Under the pieces are notes generated by a model, which ran no database searches, was not told where the DNA came from, and was given only the letters and a program-made list of their open reading frames with translations. Below are positions 17,101 to 20,000 of a DNA stretch of 20,000 bases, one piece after another (the stretch's first letter is position 1; each line of letters begins with the position of its first letter). A program made the position numbers and the translations under genes. Source of the DNA: an uncultured virus (IMG/VR IMGVR_UViG_3300034065_000114) (Duplodnaviria; Heunggongvirae; Uroviricota; Caudoviricetes); IMG/VR virus record IMGVR_UViG_3300034065_000114, positions 54,472 to 74,471 of that record. The stretch is one strand, 5' to 3'.

Positions 17101-20000
17101 GAACACATCCACAAGAAGAGCAAGGATCTCAGCGACGCCAACATCCTTGGTCTCTCCGCCTTCCGTAGCTTCTACCCAAACACGCTATCCGCACAGAACA
17201 TGGCCAAGCTTGACGAGCAGGGCATCATCAAGAAGGGACAGACGGTCCGCCACGGCGAAGCCCTTGCGGCTATCCTCCAGCGCCGCGGTGCGTCGCCCAT
17301 GATCAGCGTCGTCAACCGCGCGCTATCCGAACGCCCCAAAGACGCGTCCATGTATTGGACGCTCGAGGACGACGGCCAGGTTATTGACGTGCAGAAGACA
17401 CCGACCGGCGTCACCGTGTGCGTGAAGACCGAAGAGCGCGCCCGCATCGGGGACAAGCTCTCCGGCCGCTACGGCAACAAGGGTATCATCACCAAGATCC
17501 TGGCCGACAAGGAAGCGCCGCGCGACGCGTCAGGAAAGCCCGTCGAGATCTTGCTCAATCCTCACGGCGTTATCACCCGTATCAACGTCAGCCAGATCTA
17601 TGAAAGCGCTACCAGCAAGGCCGCGCTCAAGGCTGGCAAGCCTATCAGGGTCAGCAACTTTGACGGCGGGAACAACCTTGACCTTACGAAGGGGATTATC
17701 GACAAGGCGGGCACTCCCGACAAAGAGGAGCTTTTTGACCCAACGACCGGGAAGAGTCTCGGCAAAGTCCATGTCGGTAACCCCTATATCCTAAAATTAT
17801 TCAAGCAAGGTACGGTCAACTTCTCTGTCCGTCAAGGCGGCCCCGGCAATCCTTACGATGCCACAAACCGTCAGCCACTTAAAGCCGGCGGTGAAGAGGG
17901 CGCGAAGGCTATGGACGTGCTCACTACGTATGCCATGCTGGCCCACGGCGCACGCGCTAATCTAAGAGAAATGGGGACGATCAAGAGCGACCAGAACGAC
18001 GAGTTCTGGAAGGCTTTGAAGTCCGGCCAGCCACTGCCGCCGCCCAAGTCCCCGTTTGTCTACGACAAGTTCATGGGCTACCTGCGCGCCGCGGGCATTG
18101 ACGTTAAGAAAGACGGGAGCAAGCTCACGCTGGCGCCCCTGACGGATAAGCAGGTTCTTAAGCAAAGCTCCGGCGAGATTAAGAACATCCAGTTCTACCG
18201 CGGCAAAGGCGAAGGCGAGAAAGAGCCAATGAAGGGCGGCTTCTTTGACAAGACGCTCACCGGCGGCTACAAGGGCGAGAAGTGGAACCACATCGAGCTT
18301 CATGAGCCGGTGGTCAACCCTGTCTTCGAAGTCGCAGTCAGCAAGCTCACCGGCCTCGGCAAAAAGTACGACGACGTCGTCGCCGGCAAACTGCATTTGG
18401 ACCCCAAAACAGGGTTGTTTAATACCGAGGGCAAGGGCCTGACCGGCGGGCGCGCCGTTGAACATTTGTTAAAGCAAATCGACGTCGACGCCGAGATGAA
18501 GTCGCAGCTGCGCATCGCTAGCAAGGCCACCGGCGCCGCGCTCGACGACGCCAATAAGCGCATGCGCTATTTAACTGCGTTAAAAGTTAACGGCCTGAGC
18601 CCTGCGGAAGCCTACATCCGCAAGTCCGTGCCGATCCTGCCGCCGGCCTACCGGCCAATCTATCCTTTACCGGATGGGTCGATGGGCAGCTCGGACATCA
18701 ACTATCTCTACCAGCACGCCGGTGTGCTCAACACCATGGCGAAGCTGCCAGTCATGGACCTCCTCGCCGAAGAGGAGAAGGCTGGAATCCGCAGCGACGT
18801 CAACCAGTCCGTCAAAGCGATTGCGGGTCTGACTGACCTGGCGATCAAGGGCCGCACGCGGGAAGGCTTCATCTCCGAGATCAAAGGCGGCACTGGCGGC
18901 CAGCCCAAAGAGGGCTTCTTCATCAGCAAGATGATCTCGAAGAAACAGGACTTCGTCGGCCGCGGCACGATCATCCCCGAGCCCGATCTCGGCATCGACG
19001 AGATGGCCATGCCCGAAGAGATGGCATGGAAGCTTTTCGAGCCATTCGTTATTCGCGAATTGAAGAACCACGGGAAGAACCCGCTGCAAGCCCAGGATGA
19101 GATTAAGAATAAAACCCCCTTGGCAAAGCGCGCGCTCGACATCGTCATGGCCCAGCGCCATGTCCTGCTCAACAGAGCGCCGTCGCTGCACAAGTTCTCA
19201 ATCATGGCCTTCCGCCCCAAGATCACTGCCGGCCGCGCGCTGAAGATTCCACCGCTAGTTTGCAAAGGATTTAATGCTGACTTCGACGGCGATGATCAAC
19301 AGAATTTGATAGCGACATTCGTAACAAATGAAGGTATAAGCAATCTGTTAAAGATTGTAAAGCCATCTTTTGTTACGGAGAGGATCATGACAGCCCGATT
19401 TAAGGTTCAACTGCCGACCATGAATCATAAAGGTGAGATTTTATTGTTCAACTTAGAAGACTTTCCCCATGGAGAGCTTCTAGGCAGCAAAGAAGGGGAA
19501 AAGGGTAGGATAGATTTCTACAGGGCACTGCCAGGATTCCATGTTGTGGCCCACGATGCTGTCACTGGCAGGTTGGATTGGAAGCCGGTGTTTGGTTGGT
19601 CGAAGCACTACCAGCGCGAGGTAGAAGTTGTTACGCTTGCCAGCGGGCAGCAAATAATCACGGATGATGATCCGCGGGCTATTTACGGAATCGCGCGCGG
19701 TAGCCTAGAATTTAGCCGCTTCCGCCCTAAAGATGCCACAGGTGTCTTTGTTCCAAGAGCCTCCAGAATCACTTTAGACGGGGCTCCTATTTACAATGCA
19801 GTGCCTTTTGGTGATAAAGAATTGCAACCGCTCAATGAGGACTTTGGTTACTTCGTTGGCTGTTTGGTCTCCAACGGGTGGGTTGAGCATCATCTAGAAA
19901 AACCTACAGGGAGGGTTTTCCTCGCAGCTAAGACAGAGGAAGTCTCCAGAAAATACCTGCGCATAGTAAAAGAATTATTCGGCGATCGCCACATTTGTCG
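14146..20000 (+). CDS. rpoBC: Fused beta-beta' DNA-directed RNA polymerase precursor with two intein(-like) inserts; truncated by window end
   Basis: One open frame from ATG 14146. Beta motifs: SYIVNGNEY, IHPSHYGFMDPIHTPE, LIPFLPSTQGNRSMMASKMIEQA, GLNFEDGI, GDKLSGRYGNKG, LLNPHGVITRIN, EMGTIKSD. Beta' motifs: HIEL, VPILPPAYRP, KKQDFVGRGTI, LLNRAPSLH, FNADFDGD (NADFDGD at 19273-19293). Confidence 0.95.
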   Translation, partial: MRNFDPTQQFAAIKKSATDAVKEIFPVEGKLRTIRLVDVTVNDTLDPTDYKSQVQSKEREGTWGAPVMAELELVDKTTNKVIDKAKVKLFTLPKLTNRFSYIVNGNEYQVHNQLRLKSGVYTLRKQNGELKTQVNLAKGKNFDLAFNERTGLFTIQKVGGGQANIPLYPVLTHLGISPTGIATAWGSQLQQANSKADPKAVARTESAFGIKPGELKDYLAKTVLNPETTKTVLGQSYERVDGPLLLAAAKDLLQVHLGQKEPTDRDSLAFKELHSVEDFIHERIQKNKQPLAFKLRRNVDNLKRDKLSQIVNPGAFQSTVEGFFTQDDKSATPEQTNPVEMLAGQYMTTIMGSGGIGSDHAVTAGMREIHPSHYGFMDPIHTPECYDPETEVLTQEGWKKWPDVTKKDLFACRIDGELQFHKAEALHRSHYEGTMYGAQTGKLDYLVTPNHRMLVRPLDSKLNAWRIASAEEIHRKPRTFCTTHEPFKGNSDFTRYAFQYVPGSNSMVHTESVDIGDWCEFMGWFLAEGSTHISSKVSDYRVHIFQSKEANPESCARIERLLNRLPWTWSFSSGNAYTICGKELVCQLNGQGYCDTKFIPTELLSAPVAARTRMLEALLRGDGRIDSVRATGVRYKQQVFTTTSKRLAEGFEQLAIGLGYSVRTGQYKDKREERYLDTYEVRLLQRLTRSARKHNNRRKSCDYFTTQYCGEVHCATVPGGLLFVRRNGSVPIWLGNSSRVGVNMHLPMGIQKDGKDLKMTVLRPDGRTSTTINPTEAYEARVAFPGQMPGDSPTVKVQYRGKSIVVPRGTVDYYTPAPSALFSWSTNLIPFLPSTQGNRSMMASKMIEQAIALKHREAPLIQVESKPGSSFEENIGNSLAILAPADGVIKKVTKDALVLRTSEGDKIFNLYNNFTLNRKSFMNHEPLVKVGDRVKKGQVLADSNFTKGGTLALGTNMRVAYLPYKGLNFEDGIVITESAADKLTSEHIHKKSKDLSDANILGLSAFRSFYPNTLSAQNMAKLDEQGIIKKGQTVRHGEALAAILQRRGASPMISVVNRALSERPKDASMYWTLEDDGQVIDVQKTPTGVTVCVKTEERARIGDKLSGRYGNKGIITKILADKEAPRDASGKPVEILLNPHGVITRINVSQIYESATSKAALKAGKPIRVSNFDGGNNLDLTKGIIDKAGTPDKEELFDPTTGKSLGKVHVGNPYILKLFKQGTVNFSVRQGGPGNPYDATNRQPLKAGGEEGAKAMDVLTTYAMLAHGARANLREMGTIKSDQNDEFWKALKSGQPLPPPKSPFVYDKFMGYLRAAGIDVKKDGSKLTLAPLTDKQVLKQSSGEIKNIQFYRGKGEGEKEPMKGGFFDKTLTGGYKGEKWNHIELHEPVVNPVFEVAVSKLTGLGKKYDDVVAGKLHLDPKTGLFNTEGKGLTGGRAVEHLLKQIDVDAEMKSQLRIASKATGAALDDANKRMRYLTALKVNGLSPAEAYIRKSVPILPPAYRPIYPLPDGSMGSSDINYLYQHAGVLNTMAKLPVMDLLAEEEKAGIRSDVNQSVKAIAGLTDLAIKGRTREGFISEIKGGTGGQPKEGFFISKMISKKQDFVGRGTIIPEPDLGIDEMAMPEEMAWKLFEPFVIRELKNHGKNPLQAQDEIKNKTPLAKRALDIVMAQRHVLLNRAPSLHKFSIMAFRPKITAGRALKIPPLVCKGFNADFDGDDQQNLIATFVTNEGISNLLKIVKPSFVTERIMTARFKVQLPTMNHKGEILLFNLEDFPHGELLGSKEGEKGRIDFYRALPGFHVVAHDAVTGRLDWKPVFGWSKHYQREVEVVTLASGQQIITDDDPRAIYGIARGSLEFSRFRPKDATGVFVPRASRITLDGAPIYNAVPFGDKELQPLNEDFGYFVGCLVSNGWVEHHLEKPTGRVFLAAKTEEVSRKYLRIVKELFGDRHIC
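15298..16353 (+). mobile_element. Intein (352 aa) with LAGLIDADG homing endonuclease in the beta moiety
   Basis: TPE|CYDPETEVLTQEGW (block A), VTPNHRM (B), FMGWFLAEG and LEALLRGDG (C, E), TTTSKRLAEG (H), VHCATVPGG (F), WLGN|S (G). Removing it gives TPE-SSRVG, matching bacterial TPEGPNIG. Confidence 0.93.
19294..20000 (+). mobile_element. Atypical intein-like HINT/LAGLIDADG insert directly after the catalytic NADFDGD (partial)
   Basis: RNAP homology stops at NADFDGD and the DNA becomes AT-richer. HINT-like VVAHDAVTGRLDWKPV...VVTLASGQQIITDDDPRAIY; LAGLIDADG-like DFGYFVGCLVSNGW. Confidence 0.8.
19333..19389 (+). promoter_or_regulatory. Promoter motif copy 3 with RBS and in-frame ATG inside the intein-like insert
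   Basis: GGTATAAGCAATCTGTTAAAGA (15/22 to copy 1), GGAGAGG at 19377-19383, ATG at 19387. Confidence 0.5.

Noticed and set aside
14131..19265. Many short ORFs listed over this interval
   Set aside because: They are antisense or off-frame shadows of the RNAP ORF, which the track omits because it has no stop in the window.
19294..20000. Group I/II intron or frameshift after NADFDGD
   Set aside because: The frame stays open, the translation is HINT/LAGLIDADG-like and no intron core was recognised. RNA splicing is not fully excluded without the downstream sequence.
14146..20000. Cellular rpoBC locus
   Set aside because: No rplL, rplJ or nusG neighbours; portal and fibre genes are adjacent, and the sequence is strongly diverged and compact.
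1..20000. tRNA, rRNA or alternative genetic code
   Set aside because: No RNA gene was recognised in the short intergenic gaps, and genes tile densely under the standard code with TAA, TAG and TGA all used as stops.

Overview
The window looks like part of a large tailed-phage genome. Most of 1-13237 is a tightly packed rightward virion-gene cluster: two fibre/adhesin-like proteins with signal-peptide-like N-termini, KxA-rich head-associated proteins, and a portal carrying a Zn-ribbon insert. Two short leftward islands (2015-2158 and 13259-14092) interrupt it. Each island is bracketed by the same promoter-like motif (GGTATAAG-NNN-CTTG) and the same terminator (hairpin + TTTCTTTAGCTAT). An ORF missing from the supplied track runs from 14146 off the right end. 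It encodes a compact two-barrel RNA polymerase with beta and beta' fused in one polypeptide and no beta' N-terminal Zn finger. It holds a canonical LAGLIDADG intein in beta and a second, atypical intein-like insert immediately after the catalytic NADFDGD. That insert has no N-terminal Cys/Ser and no block-B His, and it contains its own copy of the promoter motif plus an RBS and in-frame ATG. All calls come from manual translation and motif recognition; no searches were run.
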